33,234 bases of DNA from Octopus bimaculoides (GCF_001194135.2 NC_068997.1:28637596-28670829); one strand, 5' to 3'; positions 1 through 11,997 are shown, counted from the stretch's first letter. Notes: generated by a model not told the origin, from the letters alone. Numbers and translations are program-made.

Positions 1-67
1 CATACATACATACATACATACATACATACATACATACATACATACATACGTACATACATACATACAT
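1..67. repeat. (CATA)n microsatellite
   Basis: Directly visible; runs off the window start. Confidence 0.95.
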
Positions 68-117
68 GCCGACGGTGAGAGAGAGATACGCACATGCATA
101 CAATTTGTGGCACGCTG

Positions 118-127
118 AGCCAATCAG
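118..127 (+). promoter_or_regulatory. CCAAT box (NF-Y consensus)
   Basis: AGCCAATCAG matches the extended NF-Y consensus and lies about 75 nt upstream of the ATG in CpG-rich sequence. Function is untested. Confidence 0.45.
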
Positions 128-198
128 AGACGAGCTTGAAGCAGAGCGTCAATACACGGCACACTGTTACGCCGAGTTGAGGTTTAAACATTCGCGAA

Positions 199-412
199 AT
201 GGAAAGTAAAAATTTATCCACAGAATACGAGAATGGTGTCGAACAATCTCTACCATTGAATTCAACCACATCGTTGGCGACAAATGCGCCCGAAGAAAGT
301 TCACGTGGAGCATGGGATAATAAAATACAGTACATGTTTATGGTGATCAGCTACGCCGTCGGATTAGGAAATGTATGGAGGTTCCCGTATTTGTGTCAGA
401 AACATGGAGGAG
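199..412 (+). CDS. SLC6: Coding exon 1 of an SLC6/NSS Na+-dependent neutral amino acid transporter (B0AT / SLC6A15-A20-like branch)
   Basis: Translation contains [10 protein letters not shown] and the SLC6 TM1 signature [20 protein letters not shown]. The ATG has G at -3 and +4. Donor G|GTTAGT at 412/413 (phase 1) joins exon 2 to restore GGGAFLIPY. The symbol is family-level only; the exact orthologue is not determined. Confidence 0.95.
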
Positions 413-1462
413 GTTAGTTGCCACCATCTCTCTTTCTTTCTATCTGTCTGTCTCTTTCTCTCTTTCTTTCTCTTTCATTTCTCCCTTTCCCACTTTAGAA
501 ATGTATATTTTTTGTGAATGAATGAGTGAGTGAGTGAATGGAGTGTGCTGTAATGAATGTGTGTGTGTGTTTACTATGTGCGTATGTGTCAGCTTCTGAA
601 TGTAGATGTATTTAAGGCGCTTCTCTCGCTATATCCGCGCGTTTAGCTTTGTGTATATTATCAAATGTATTGTTTAGTTTAGGTTAAAAAGAGAGAAAAA
701 AAAAATCGACAGATTAGAGAAAAAAAAAAAGATGGACAGGTTCGAGAAAGAAAAACAAAGTGAAAAAGAAAGAGAAGGAAAAAGAAAATTCGGAAAAGAC
801 AAACGCTTTCTTCGGCGATAAATGTTCTTTGAGGAAGATAGAATCGCGTGTTTGTGTTTTCATACAGTCTTCGAATGTTGTCTTGCTTTTCACGCTTGGT
901 ATGGCCCTGTTTACACTGTCGGCTTTGGGATCTCTTTCATTCATTTTCTTTCTTTTCTCCCTTCTGTTTCATTTGCTCACATTTCCATTTTCGTTTTATA
1001 TTTTTGTGTTCTGTTATTTACTAAAACATTCAATGACAACCATTATATAAAAACAGAGAACTCCCCCACTTAGCGTCAGACCCGCCTGCCCTGTTTTCGA
1101 TTCTCTGTGTTGATTCCTAATTTAGTAATTTTTTTTCAGTGCCCTTGGGAAAGGCATGAAAGTCACAATTCCATTTTCTCTTCTGCTACTTTAATAAGAA
1201 ATCAATATACCAGTATCATTTGTTTATTTTTTTTTTTTTACTTGTCAGCTTAAAGGTATGTAACCCGTAAAGGTGTAACGAAAGGCTTCTAGATAAAATG
1301 TCGGGTGCGTGGTTAAGGGCCAGCCTTTATGTTTCATCCTCCAGACTCAAAACAATCAAGAAACGCGTCATTAACATGAAAATATTAAGATCTAATTTGT
1401 TTTGACGCAATATATCTCTCTTTCCGATCTCCATTATTTTGTTTGGAAAAACACATTTCCTG

Positions 1463-1850
1463 GGCGCAGGCGTGGCTGTGTAGTAAGCAGCTTGCTTTCC
1501 AAACACGTGGTTCCAGGGTTCAGTTTCACTGCGTGGTACCTTGGGCAAAATTTCTTCCACTAACGCCTCGGGCCGACCAAAGCTTTTTGAGTGAATATGA
1601 GAGAAACCCGTCATGTGTTGCATGTGGGTGTTGTGTGCATATGTGTATTTGTCCCCCACCTCCCGACCGATTGACAACCAGTGTTGGTTTGTTTACGTCC
1701 CCGTAGACTAGCTGTTCTGCAAAAGAAACCGAGAGGATAAATACCAAGCTTTAAACAATCAAGTACTGGAGTCGATTTGTTCAAGGCGGTGCCCCAGCAT
1801 GGCCGCAGTCTGAAACAAGTAAAAGGTAAAAGATACAAAAAGGATAATAA
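1463..1850 (+). mobile_element. tRNA-derived SINE, family A, near full length
   Basis: Head ggcgcaggcgtggctgtg with B-box-like ggttcagtttc, internal (TG)n, ccagcatggccgcagtc near the 3' end and an A-rich tail. More than 10 copies occur in the window. Confidence 0.85.
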
Positions 1851-2244
1851 ACGATATAACCGCCCTCATGCATCCTCAGAAACTTCCTCGAAGTCCGCAA
1901 CTGATTATAGCTCAGCTCCGTTTATATACGCGGCTTTAGATGACATAGCATTTGCCTGGCGAACGGTTTTATCACGAAGTTGTCTACTTCAATGGAGAGC
2001 TTAATTCCCGCCCGGCAAGACTTTTGTCTTTCATCCCGCCGAAACGACCATCATAATTGGCGATTCTCATTATCAACAGCCGTGAATTTGAAACAATGCA
2101 AATAGATGCCAGAGTAATGCAAGGCAAACGTTTTCGGAATTGAATTTTCTATAGAAAATAAAACAAACAATAATGTTCAAATATTCGTATTTATTTATTT
2201 ATTTATTTATTTATTTATTGTGTGTGTGTGTGTGTATAATATCC

Positions 2245-2537
2245 GCGTGGCTGTGTGATAAGAAGCTTGCTTCCCGACCACATGGTTCAGGGTTCAGCCC
2301 CACCGCGTGGGACTTTGGAATAGTATCTTGTGCCATAGCCCCGGGCTGAGTAAAGCCTCGTGAGTGGATTTGGTAGTCGGAAACTGAAAGAAACTCGTCG
2401 CATGTGTATGTGTGTATACGTGTGTGTGTGTGTGTGTGTGTGTCTCACCACTGCTTGATAATCGGTGTTGGTGTGTTTACGTCCCTGTGACATACCGGTT
2501 CAGCAAAAACAGACTGATAGAAATAAGTACCGGGTTT
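2245..2537 (+). mobile_element. SINE family A, 3'-truncated
   Basis: Same head and body as 1463-1850. Confidence 0.8.
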
Positions 2538-3027
2538 GGAAAAAAAAAAAACAGACGCACGGATTTCGTTGTTTATCCAAGAATCTGGTGAAGTCTCTTC
2601 TGCATCGAATCAAAGAACTCAATCCTTGCATAGTCCAAGCATTATTTGTTTGTTTCTTCAGGAAATCCAATTCTATTCGTGTCAAGAGTTGTATTCTATC
2701 ATTTCTCTGCGTCCTGCCTTCGTTTTCCCTTCAAATATTTATTTGCTGGCTCATCTCTATCGAAGAAAATGCCTACGTTCCTTCTTTTGCGAACATTAAC
2801 TTTGTACGTAATAGAAAAATATTGTAATTCTGTAGATTATATTGATCTGATTTTGCTAAAATCGTTTAAATAATTTATTTCTCTGTTAATCAACGTTATG
2901 TTGGTCGAACTAAGATGCAGGGCTCCGGAAAGAAACTTCCTTTAGACAAAAGGATTTCGGTTCGAATTGGACCGGAAGAAAAAAGAACCAAAAGTGGCGG
3001 TGATGTGTGATTGAGAGAGCAGAGGTG

Positions 3028-3232
3028 TTCTTTTATTCTTTTATTCTTTTATTCTTTTAATGGTTTCAGTCATAGGACTAAGGCCATGTTGGAGCACCGC
3101 CTTTAGTCGAGCAAATCGACCACAGGACTTATTTTTTGTAAGCCTAGTATTTATTCTATCGGTCTTTTTTGCCGAACCGCTAAGTTACCGGAACGTAAAC
3201 ACACCAGCATCGGTTGTCAAGCGATGTTGGGA

Positions 3233-3269
<37 letters not shown>

Positions 3270-3550
3270 NNNNNNNNNNNNNNNNNNNNNNNNNNNNNNN
3301 NNNNNNNNNNNNNNNNNNNNNNNNNNNNNNNNNNNNNNNNNNNNNNNNNNNNNNNNNNNNNNNNNNNATATATATATATATATACATATATACGTCGGGC
3401 TTCTTTCAGTTTCCGTCTACCAAATCCACTCACAAGGCTTTGGTCGGCCCGAGGCTATAGCAGAAGACACTTGCCCAATGTGCCACGCAGTAGGACTGAA
3501 CTCGGAGCCATGTGGTTGGTAGGCAAGCTACTTACCACACGGCCACTCCT
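3028..3550 (-). mobile_element. SINE family A (spans the N gap 3270-3367)
   Basis: Reverse complement of family A with a (TTTTATTC)n tail at 3028-3058. Confidence 0.85.
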
Positions 3551-3674
3551 AATGTATTTTCTTTCGTTTTAGTTGTCGTTTTGTGACTGGAAGTTGATCT
3601 GTGATTGAATTTGTTGCGACTAATCTTCACTGAGTTTATAGCAGCGGTGATGCTGCGTTTGTTGTTGTTGTTGT

Positions 3675-3950
3675 GTAGCTTCAGGTTATCCCTGATCGAG
3701 AGGACCTATGAGGAAAGGCATTCTATCGATGACCATCCCGTCATTTTGTATAATTAACACTTCACTATGCAACGTGTCTTCTCTTCCAAGACGGCAGAGT
3801 GTGATTTGGAAAAGATTTGGCTGCTATTTCTAGCAACACGAACTGTGTTGGATCGTGCTGCTAGGTTGCCGTTGTTTACCCTACGTCAGCCCTGATGGAG
3901 CAAACCTGTGGTCAACAGCAATCAAACCGTGACCATCCCGTCGTTTTTCC
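3675..3950. mobile_element. Unclassified interspersed repeat, family D (two tandem partial units)
   Basis: Motif cagccctgat..gacct.tg..gtgaccatcccgtc occurs near 3685 and again near 3885. Motif gatttggctgctatttctagca lies near 3815 and recurs near 5845, 12408, 16250 (reverse) and 16702. Confidence 0.55.
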
Positions 3951-4467
3951 TGTGCAGAAAACCTATTTGCTCGTTATCGAACTTGACATCATTTTTTATG
4001 CTGTTTTTATATATTTATGTAAGATGACAGGATTTTGATTTGAGCGGGGTTTTGACAGCCATTTCTAGCATGCTTATCAGACGACGGCATAGCTGTTCGC
4101 TCTTTAAGTTCATGCTGCGCAGGTGATTTGTGAAGGTGTTGTTGCTGTTGATTCTGTTGCAAGTAACGTGACATCGATGCTATTTTGGTAATGTGGTGGT
4201 GGAGACGGAGTGCTGTAGTAATGATGATGATGATGATGATAGTAGGGGTGAAAGAGAGACAGACTGGCAGACAGACGGACAGGCAGCGACGGTGTGAGTA
4301 TGTAGGCGGTACAGTCAATGACGTGCAGAGGCTGTTGGTCTGACAGTCAATCATATTATAAGGTGTGATGCTGAGGAGGTGATGCTGTGGTGATAATCGT
4401 TGTCCTTTCGACCGTGACTAGGTCTAGAAAGGACTACGTTACCGGCGTCTCCGTTTCACACCCTTGC

Positions 4468-4520
<53 letters not shown>

Positions 4521-4716
4521 GACTGCGACCATGCTGGAGCACCGCTTATTCATGACGGGCTTCTTTCAGTTTCCGTCAACTAAATCCACTCACAAGACTT
4601 TGATCGGCCTAATGCTATAGTAGACGATACTTGCCGATGGTGCCATACAGTGGGACTGAACCCAGAACCATGTGGTTAAGAAGTAAACTTCTTATCACGC
4701 AGCCACACCTGCGCCT
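4521..4716 (-). mobile_element. SINE family A, internally deleted
   Basis: Both head and 3' motifs are present but the middle is missing. Confidence 0.75.
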
Positions 4717-4719
4717 CTA

Positions 4720-4954
4720 CACACATACACGCACACACACATACATACATACATACATACATACATACATACATACATACACACACACATGCATACGCAT
4801 GCACACACGCACTCGCATACATACAAACCCACACACATACATACATACACACGCACACATATATACAAACGCATGCACGCACATGCATACATACATGCAG
4901 ACATACACATACGCACGCGCGCACACACATGCATACACGCATACATACATACAT

Positions 4955-4987
<33 letters not shown>

Positions 4988-5022
4988 TGAACGCGCGCGC
5001 GCGCGCACACACACACACACAC
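4720..5022. repeat. Compound (CATA)n/(CA)n microsatellite
   Basis: Directly visible; explains the HTYI and MYVC ORFs. Confidence 0.95.
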
Positions 5023-5309
5023 AGCTATTATCAACGTGACTGACTCCATGGCTAGTCCGCCCCTACACACCCTACTTCTCTCACCTTTTCACACATCGAT
5101 AACCATCAGACAATTCTGTTTTGTTTTTATCGACCCCGAAAAGGTCGAAAGGCAGCGTTGACCTTTGCCAGATTTGGGGACTCGGAACGTGACGGGAACC
5201 GAATCAAAACAACGCAAATGTTCGTCCATGATTTTATTTAATGGACGACAAACACTGATTACGTCGAAGGACCCGACACGAAATGCGAAATGAAAACACC
5301 TGGATGCAT

Positions 5310-5735
5310 TTGTGTATGTTTGTGTGTATGCATGCAGGTATGTATGCGTTTATGCATGAGTACTATGTATATATGTATGTATGTATGCATGTTTGTATGC
5401 ACGTGTGTATGCATGGTGGTTATTTCGTGTATGTATGCATGTATGTGTCTGTATGTTCGTATACATGTATGTATGAATGCACGAATGTATGTCTGCATGC
5501 ATGCATGTATGTACGCATGTATGTATGCGTATATATATGTAAGCATGTGTATATATATATATATATATATCCATATGTGTGTGCGTATGCCTATATGTAT
5601 GTATGTGTGTATGGATGTATGTATGAATGCAAAGATATGTATATGTATACACACACAATTATGTACATACATATATACATACATACATACATACATACAT
5701 ACATACATACATACATGCATACACGCATACATGTA
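5310..5735. repeat. Degenerate (TATG)n tract switching to (CATA)n
   Basis: Directly visible. Confidence 0.9.
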
Positions 5736-5961
5736 TACCAGGCTCTTTCAAATGTTTTGTTTTTATTTTATTTTATTTTATTTCGTTTCAATTCGAAAAC
5801 ACGAAGAAACGCCACATTATTTGATGTCCATTCTTTCTGAGATTTGAGGAAGACGTGGGTTGCTATTTCTAGGAGATCAAGCGAGGAACATAGAAGCACC
5901 CTTGTTAACCCGTAGTTGTAAATGATTGCGGATTATTGCACTTGTTGATGATGATGATGAT

Positions 5962-6127
5962 CAGGTGAAGTCCCAGGAATTTTTCGGAGGGAGGGCACAA
6001 GGTCCGAAGGGAAATACAATTCCAGAAGAAAAGGGCGTAATAACATTATTTAGAAGAGCGCACTTCTTTTCTTGAGTGGGGCACGTGTCCCTCGGGGGTC
6101 ACCCCCACTCCCTTGGGTCCGCCCCTG
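5962..6127. mobile_element. MITE-like element with imperfect 16-nt TIRs inside a (GAT)n tract
   Basis: Left end caggtgaagtcccagg matches the reverse complement of the right end, caggggcggacccaag, at 11/16 positions. AT flanks both ends. Confidence 0.5.
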
Positions 6128-6367
6128 ATGATGACAACGACGACGATGATGATGATGATGATGATGATGACGATGATGATGGTCACAGTGAGAGAATAGT
6201 TGTGCTATTAAAAAGGAGAGTTTTTCATGCGATGAAGATAGCGCAAATTGTATTTTCCCTGTTATTCTTTCAGTATCGATTAAATAAATACCAGTGGTGT
6301 ACTGGGGAAGCGTCGATGTAATCGACTTCTCACCTCCCCAAAAATTCAGCCCTTATACTTAGAAAGG

Positions 6368-6412
<45 letters not shown>

Positions 6413-7060
6413 TCTTTTTTGTTTTGCTTTTTGCCTATTTCGTCTTTATACTGGCCCCAACAATATGGACCTTTGTGGGAAAGTAGTACAGATACAAAAT
6501 TGATTTTCTGAAACCTTTGGTTCCAAAACCACTCCGGGTTAATGAATTTTTTTCCGAACCATGGGTAGTCACCTTGGTCAACACACTCTAAATTAGTCGA
6601 ATATTAAATTTGTTAACTGTTAATTAGGGAATTCCGTTCCTAACCTTAATCGTAACCCTAACTGTATCCGTAACCCTAACCCTAAAACCCTTTTACGGAA
6701 AAGGCCGATGTGATGTAAATAAACACACGTGGTTTAAGTGACAACTTTGGCACTGGTAACGAAAGATCGCCAAATTGGGTTTTAGAAACCTGGGGTATGC
6801 TAAACTTTGTGAGATTAGGTTGGAAAGGGTGGGAGTGGGTTCGGCCCTATAAGCCTCCTCACCCCAATCCATCTCTCGCTGCAAACGAAGTACCTTCTCC
6901 GCTATTTCTATCAGTGATGGCTGGAACATCTTTAGTCACAGACCTCTCTCACATGAGTCTATTTTTGACTATCGAACCCTTTGATGTCTAAAAACTCCAA
7001 CTATATTTTATGATTAAATATTGTGCGTGGCTGTGTGGTAAGAAACTTGCTTGGAAATCG

Positions 7061-7483
7061 GTTGGAAATTGTCGTATACGTTACGTTTAATTCAGAAGCA
7101 AGCTCTCGAACAGTTGTACATGGATTGGCTTCCACTAAGGCTCTTAGTTGATCGTTGTCAACGTCCGACGGTCGACCACTACGTTTATCATCTTCAAGAC
7201 TCACGTCACGGCTACGGAATTTCCTGAACCACCATTGTGCTGTACGTTCATTAGTGGTTCCTGGGCCAAACGCAGCTTTTCGGCCTAGCTTGAACTGGAA
7301 TAATAAAATTGTGCGAATTTGCTTTTTGTCCCTGTTGTATTCAACGTTCAGGAAAAAATAGCCTAAATTATTCAAAACGAAAAAGAGTAACACGATTAGA
7401 CAGAGCGAAAAATGGGTTTTAAAATGATATATAAAATCAAAGTAATTTAATGAAAATTAATTTGAAAATACATCATTTAAAAC
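7061..7483 (-). mobile_element. Mariner (Hsmar1-like, cecropia subfamily) fragment: 5' UTR plus N-terminal DNA-binding region of the transposase, defective
   Basis: DKKQIRTILLFQFKLGRKAAFGPGTTNERTAQWWFRKF..SLEDDKRSGRPSDVDNDQLRALVEANPCTTVRELASELNV at 7330-7061. No catalytic DD34D domain and no intact ATG; the 5' end runs into the gap at 7484. Confidence 0.9.
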
Positions 7484-8204
7484 NNNNNNNNNNNNNNNNN
7501 NNNNNNNNNNNNNNNNNNNNNNNNNNNNNNNNNNNNNNNNNNNNNNNNNNNNNNNNNNNNNNNNNNNNNNNNNNNNNNNNNNNNNNNNNNNNNNNNNNNN
7601 NNNNNNNNNNNNNNNNNNNNNNNNNNNNNNNNNNNNNNNNNNNNNNNNNNNNNNNNNNNNNNNNNNNNNNNNNNNNNNNNNNNNNNNNNNNNNNNNNNNN
7701 NNNNNNNNNNNNNNNNNNNNNNNNNNNNNNNNNNNNNNNNNNNNNNNNNNNNNNNNNNNNNNNNNNNNNNNNNNNNNNNAAATTCCATCCCTTAACTCTA
7801 TCTTGTCTCTACAGGTGTTACCTACTCTCCCCCCCCCACCTCTATTTATCATCTCTCAAAACTTGTTCTTCGTTCATTGTATTCACCCCTTCACCCATTC
7901 TTCATCTCTTGCTTTCCTAATCACTCCACATCTACCCACCCATACTCCTGGTTCTTGTGTCCCCCACTCACTTCTACCTTGAAGCTCCACCCAGACACCT
8001 CATCACTACTATTTTCATCTCCTCCCAAATCCATCCCGATCACCCAAACGCTTTCCTTTGTCATGTTCGCACCTCTGCGGCAAGAAACCTGTTCTGCGCT
8101 GTTCCTACCCCTTCTCATATTTCAACCTTTCATCCCCTAGTATACATCCATTTTTGTCTTGGAGATCGTGGTCTCACAAGCAGCTTGGCAACCTCACCAG
8201 TGCT

Positions 8205-8395
8205 GGTGGCACGAAAACAAAAAAAGCATCCAGTCCACATTGTAAAGTGGTTGATGTTAGGATGAGCATTGAAATGTAGAAACCATGCCAGAGCAGACAT
8301 TGGAACATAATGCAGTCCTTGGACCCGACAGATCCTGTCGAACCATTCCGTTCATGCTAGATTGGAACATGAACGTTAAATGATGATGATGATGA
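8205..8395 (+). mobile_element. SINE family C (RTE-like tail ending aacgttaaa(TGA)n), diverged
   Basis: Degenerate match to the copies at 18167 and 29222. Confidence 0.6.
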
Positions 8396-8481
8396 CGGCA
8401 TGTATGTATGTATATATGTGTGTGTGTGTGTGTTGTTGTTGTTGAAATCGATTAGCTTTACTTTCTAATATTTCAATTGTT

Positions 8482-8712
8482 GAAAGCGGCGAGCTGGCAG
8501 AATCGTTAGTACGCCAGGCAAAATGCTTACCTGCATTTCGTCCGTCTTTACGTTCTGAGTTCAAATTCCACCGAGGTCGACTTTGCCTTTCATCCCTTTT
8601 TTTGTGGGTGGTGTCGATAAAATAAGTGTCGGTTGATCTCTGGAGTCGATGTAATCGAATTTCCCACTTTCTCGAAATTACTGGTCTTGCGCCAAAATAT
8701 GAAGTCAAATAT
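8482..8712 (+). mobile_element. SINE family B (Nin-domain-like core), CpG-retaining
   Basis: gcggcgagctggcagaatcgttag head, B-box gagttcaaattcc and core ccgaggtcgactttgcctttcatcc..gtcgataaaataagt, resembling the Nin domain as recalled. Confidence 0.85.
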
Positions 8713-9781
8713 TTCAACTGTTGCAAATAAATAAGAATAAACACCTTGAACGATCCGTCATCGTAAGCTCTTTCATTCCCCTCTTAAGCCCAATGTGGAG
8801 CCCATAAGAGCCTGACGTCATCTAAGCAGACGTTTTATTCATCGTTGTTATGTCGTCTGCCTGACTTCACGGAATTCTCGAAAGTAACATAACTTTGCAC
8901 CTTAATATGGCCTCCCCTGTTTTATTTATTTCTTTTTAAGTGAATAAACATCGTTTCATGTAAACACACACCTATATATATATATATATATACATTACTT
9001 TCCTTAAATATAAACAGTACTGCGATATTTTTAATATTATATCACAGGAGACAGCGGTGTTTTGACAAATTACTCACTAATTTTAAACTTCAGTGGCTTC
9101 TCATAACAAGGCTATGTATGTATGCCGTAAACATACGAAATTACAAGGGGTTTCATGTACACATATACATAAACATATACACGCACACACACACATTCAT
9201 ACTGTATACCCATTCACATTCATGCTATCTCATCGAAAACCGTGTGTGCGTTGTAGGCTGGTACAAGGAGGTCTCTGTGTTACTTATTCGTAGCGCAGCA
9301 TCTGGAATTAAACCTATCTCAAGGGAACGCTTTGCATATTGAATACAAATATGGAAAGGGCTCATCTCTATAATATATTTGTAATAATTTGAATTTAGCC
9401 TGTGGAATATCAAATGAGGCACGAAAAGCGAATTGAAGATAACGAGTCTGGCTCTTTTTTTTACTCACCTCTCCTTTTTCTGAAGATCGAATGATGGAGA
9501 CAGCACATTACTCAGCCAGCACTCGAGATACTTGTATCAGTGGTGTTCCACTAACAAGCAGTTTGGACTGGAAAGACTTTCTTCAGACGACCAATATGAA
9601 ACAGATAGAAGATTGGTCTTGCTCTTACTGAGGTAAAATGTTTTGCCGAGGACGCCTAATAAAACTGAAACATGATGGAATCATTGCTTTCACCAGCTGC
9701 CTTTAAAGACAAAATACTCTCCGGTAGATTTGCAGTTTCGATGTTTTAAACATATTCCTGTAATTTTCTTATACTTCTCTT

Positions 9782-9975
9782 GAAGGTAGCGAGCTGATAG
9801 AATCGTTAGCACGCCATACAAAATGCTCAGCGACATTTCTTCCGGCTTCACGTTCTGAGTCCAAATTCTGTCGAGGTCGACCTAGATTTTTTACACTTGC
9901 AGTGTTAAGAAACTAAGTACCAGTCACGGGTCAATGTAATCGACTAGCAACTCCCTCGACCCCTAAAAAATAGTC
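9782..9975 (+). mobile_element. SINE family B
   Basis: Same head and core as 8482. Confidence 0.8.
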
Positions 9976-10289
9976 AGCCTTACGCCCATAATAGAAAGAG
10001 TTAGACATCTCCCTTGGTTGTTTTTTCTTCATTTTTTTATAGATTTTTGAACACGGGGGTGGGTGGAATTTCTGTATTTTAATTGCATAGGTAACCAAGT
10101 TTTCCAACTCACTGTATTTCTCATGCGTGAGGCCCCACTGCATTTTGTATTTTGAATACTGAATGCTCTTCTGAGGTTTTTCTTCCGCTTTAATTACTTT
10201 CTTTACTGCCATGTTGTCGGTTTATCGGAGGTTTTTCGTTTCTTCTTTTAATTGAGAACTGGAGTAAAAAAAAAGCGATGAGGATAGTA

Positions 10290-10500
10290 GAAACATTTGG
10301 TCCAGAGTCGTAACACCTGACCTAACAAAGCCTGTGCTCTTGTGTGGAAAGTTTTGTCGTCTCCATCGGTGGGTGGCCCCGGGTAGCTCTGGTGTCGCGG
10401 TGGAAGAGGCCAAAACTCCTACAGAGCTGCTTCACTGCCTGATGAGATACCGATTCCTGCCTTCGGAGACAGAGTACTGTAGCGTTCTCGGCACACAAGT
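10290..10500 (-). mobile_element. Possible eroded CR1/L2-type LINE ORF2 C-terminus
   Basis: Adjacent minus frames give LFHRDTRATRGHP and QVLRLWTK, echoing the TRGH..RVV.LWN motif. Frameshifted and weak. Confidence 0.3.
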
Positions 10501-11344
10501 GTATATTCTAAATCGCAGTTTCTCAACGGGGGTCTGTATGACCGTAGAGGGTTCGTATAAGATTTTTTGCGAGTCCACAAAAGCAAAAAGCAGATTGAGA
10601 ACTCACGGTAGTATTTTTTAGTGTTCATGACACCACCACCACCACCACTGTCACCACCGTCGCCACTTAAACCCTGTTTTACCGAAGCCCTTCGGGTACA
10701 NNNNNNNNNNACAAAGTACTTTGCTGGAAAAACTGATTTCTTCCAAAAAAATTGATCGGAAAAAAGGAATCCTGTATGATTGAAATGCGCAATACCATTT
10801 CAACATCAAAACACCACTAACAGGGTCTTCGATAGAAATTTTGTTTAAGCTTTCGGAGTGCAAGGGGTAGGATGAACTGGAACCCGAGGGGCGGGACCGG
10901 GGCAGCAACTGAAAACTCTTCGTTTAGTGCCTAGCCACAAGACCATCATCATCATCATCATCATCTCACCACCACCATCATCATCATCATCATCATATCG
11001 CCATCACATCTATACATCCTAAGCTCCAAGGGGGGGGGACTCGTCTCGGTGGTAGTTACCGTGGCGTTGGTGTTGGTGGTGGTGTTTAGCTTCCCACTTA
11101 ACCCTGATTGAACAGCCTGACCATTCTACCATTTTCATCATATTGTAGGACTCGAAATACTCTTGTTGGCCCCTATTTTTAAAAAAAAGCAAAGAAAAGA
11201 ATTTTCTGTTGTTTAGTCTCCAGATCAGCCTCCATAGGACCATTCTGCTTTTATGATTATCTGGACATTCATTTTTTTTTTTTTTTTCATTCAAATGGTT
11301 TCGAATTTTCGCAAAAAGTCAACAACTTTTAAGGAAATAGGCTT

Positions 11345-11465
11345 AGTAGATTACATAGACTCCAGTGCTCAACTGGTACTTATTATATCGACCCCTAAAG
11401 GATAAAATCTGACCCCGGCAAGATGCAACTAGGCATTTTGTCAGGCACGCTAACGTCTTTACCAT
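11345..11465 (-). mobile_element. SINE family B, degraded
   Basis: Reverse complement of the family B core (actggtacttatt.tatcgacccc). Confidence 0.65.
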
Positions 11466-11611
11466 ATCACTACCTTCATTCACGCTGTATTTATGACATG
11501 GAATATCCTATTGGTTTCTTTCTCTTTTTGTAAAGACAGTTAGTTTGCGTGGAGAGGATTTCACTGCAGTTTCTAGCAAGCCGAATGACCATGTAGTGTA
11601 GTGGTTCTCAA

Positions 11612-11915
11612 CTGTGTCGTAAGAAGCTTGCTTCCCGGGTTCAGTCCCACTGCGTGGCACCTTGGGCAAGTGTCTTCTGCTATAGTCTCGAGCCGACCAA
11701 AACCTTGTGAGTGGATTTGGTAGACGGAAACTGAAAGAAGCCCGTCGTGTAGATATATATGTATGTATGTATGTGTGCGTGTCTGTGTTTGTCCCCCCGG
11801 TTCGGCAAAAGAGACCGTCACAATAAGTCCTGGGATCGATTTGTTCGACTAAAAGGTGGTGCTCCAGCATGGCCGCAGTCAAATGACTGAAACAAGTGAA
11901 AGAATAAAAGGATAA
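11612..11915 (+). mobile_element. SINE family A, CpG-retaining
   Basis: Close match to the family A motifs through to the A-rich tail. Confidence 0.85.
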
Positions 11916-11997
11916 ATCGATTATAATTCTACAATACACAAAATATCTTAACAGTTTTGTTTTATACAATTCTTCATATTTAATTATTAGAATATAA

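Noticed and set aside
760-1073. Hydrophobic ORFs and a possible 31-nt cryptic exon (about 868-898, AG..GTATGG)
   Set aside because: T-rich intron composition explains the hydrophobicity; the putative exon would frameshift the gene and has no homology.
1463-1540. tRNA-like A/B boxes
   Set aside because: SINE heads; no cloverleaf, and they continue into the SINE body.
2092-2103. Overlapping Sox (AACAAT) and octamer (ATGCAAAT) motif
   Set aside because: Not the canonical composite geometry, and such a match is expected by chance in 33 kb of AT-rich DNA.
4631-5847. Many 100-185-aa ORFs rich in HTYI or MYVC
   Set aside because: Translations of CATA/TATG microsatellites, which lack stops in most frames.
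7790-8200. C/T-skewed segment with 65-100-aa ORFs
   Set aside because: Compositional bias explains the ORFs; possibly a LINE remnant, but no diagnostic motif was seen.
9931-10212. 93-aa Lys-rich minus-strand ORF
   Set aside because: No recognisable domain or splice support, and its 3' end runs into a SINE; probably decayed TE or A-rich sequence.
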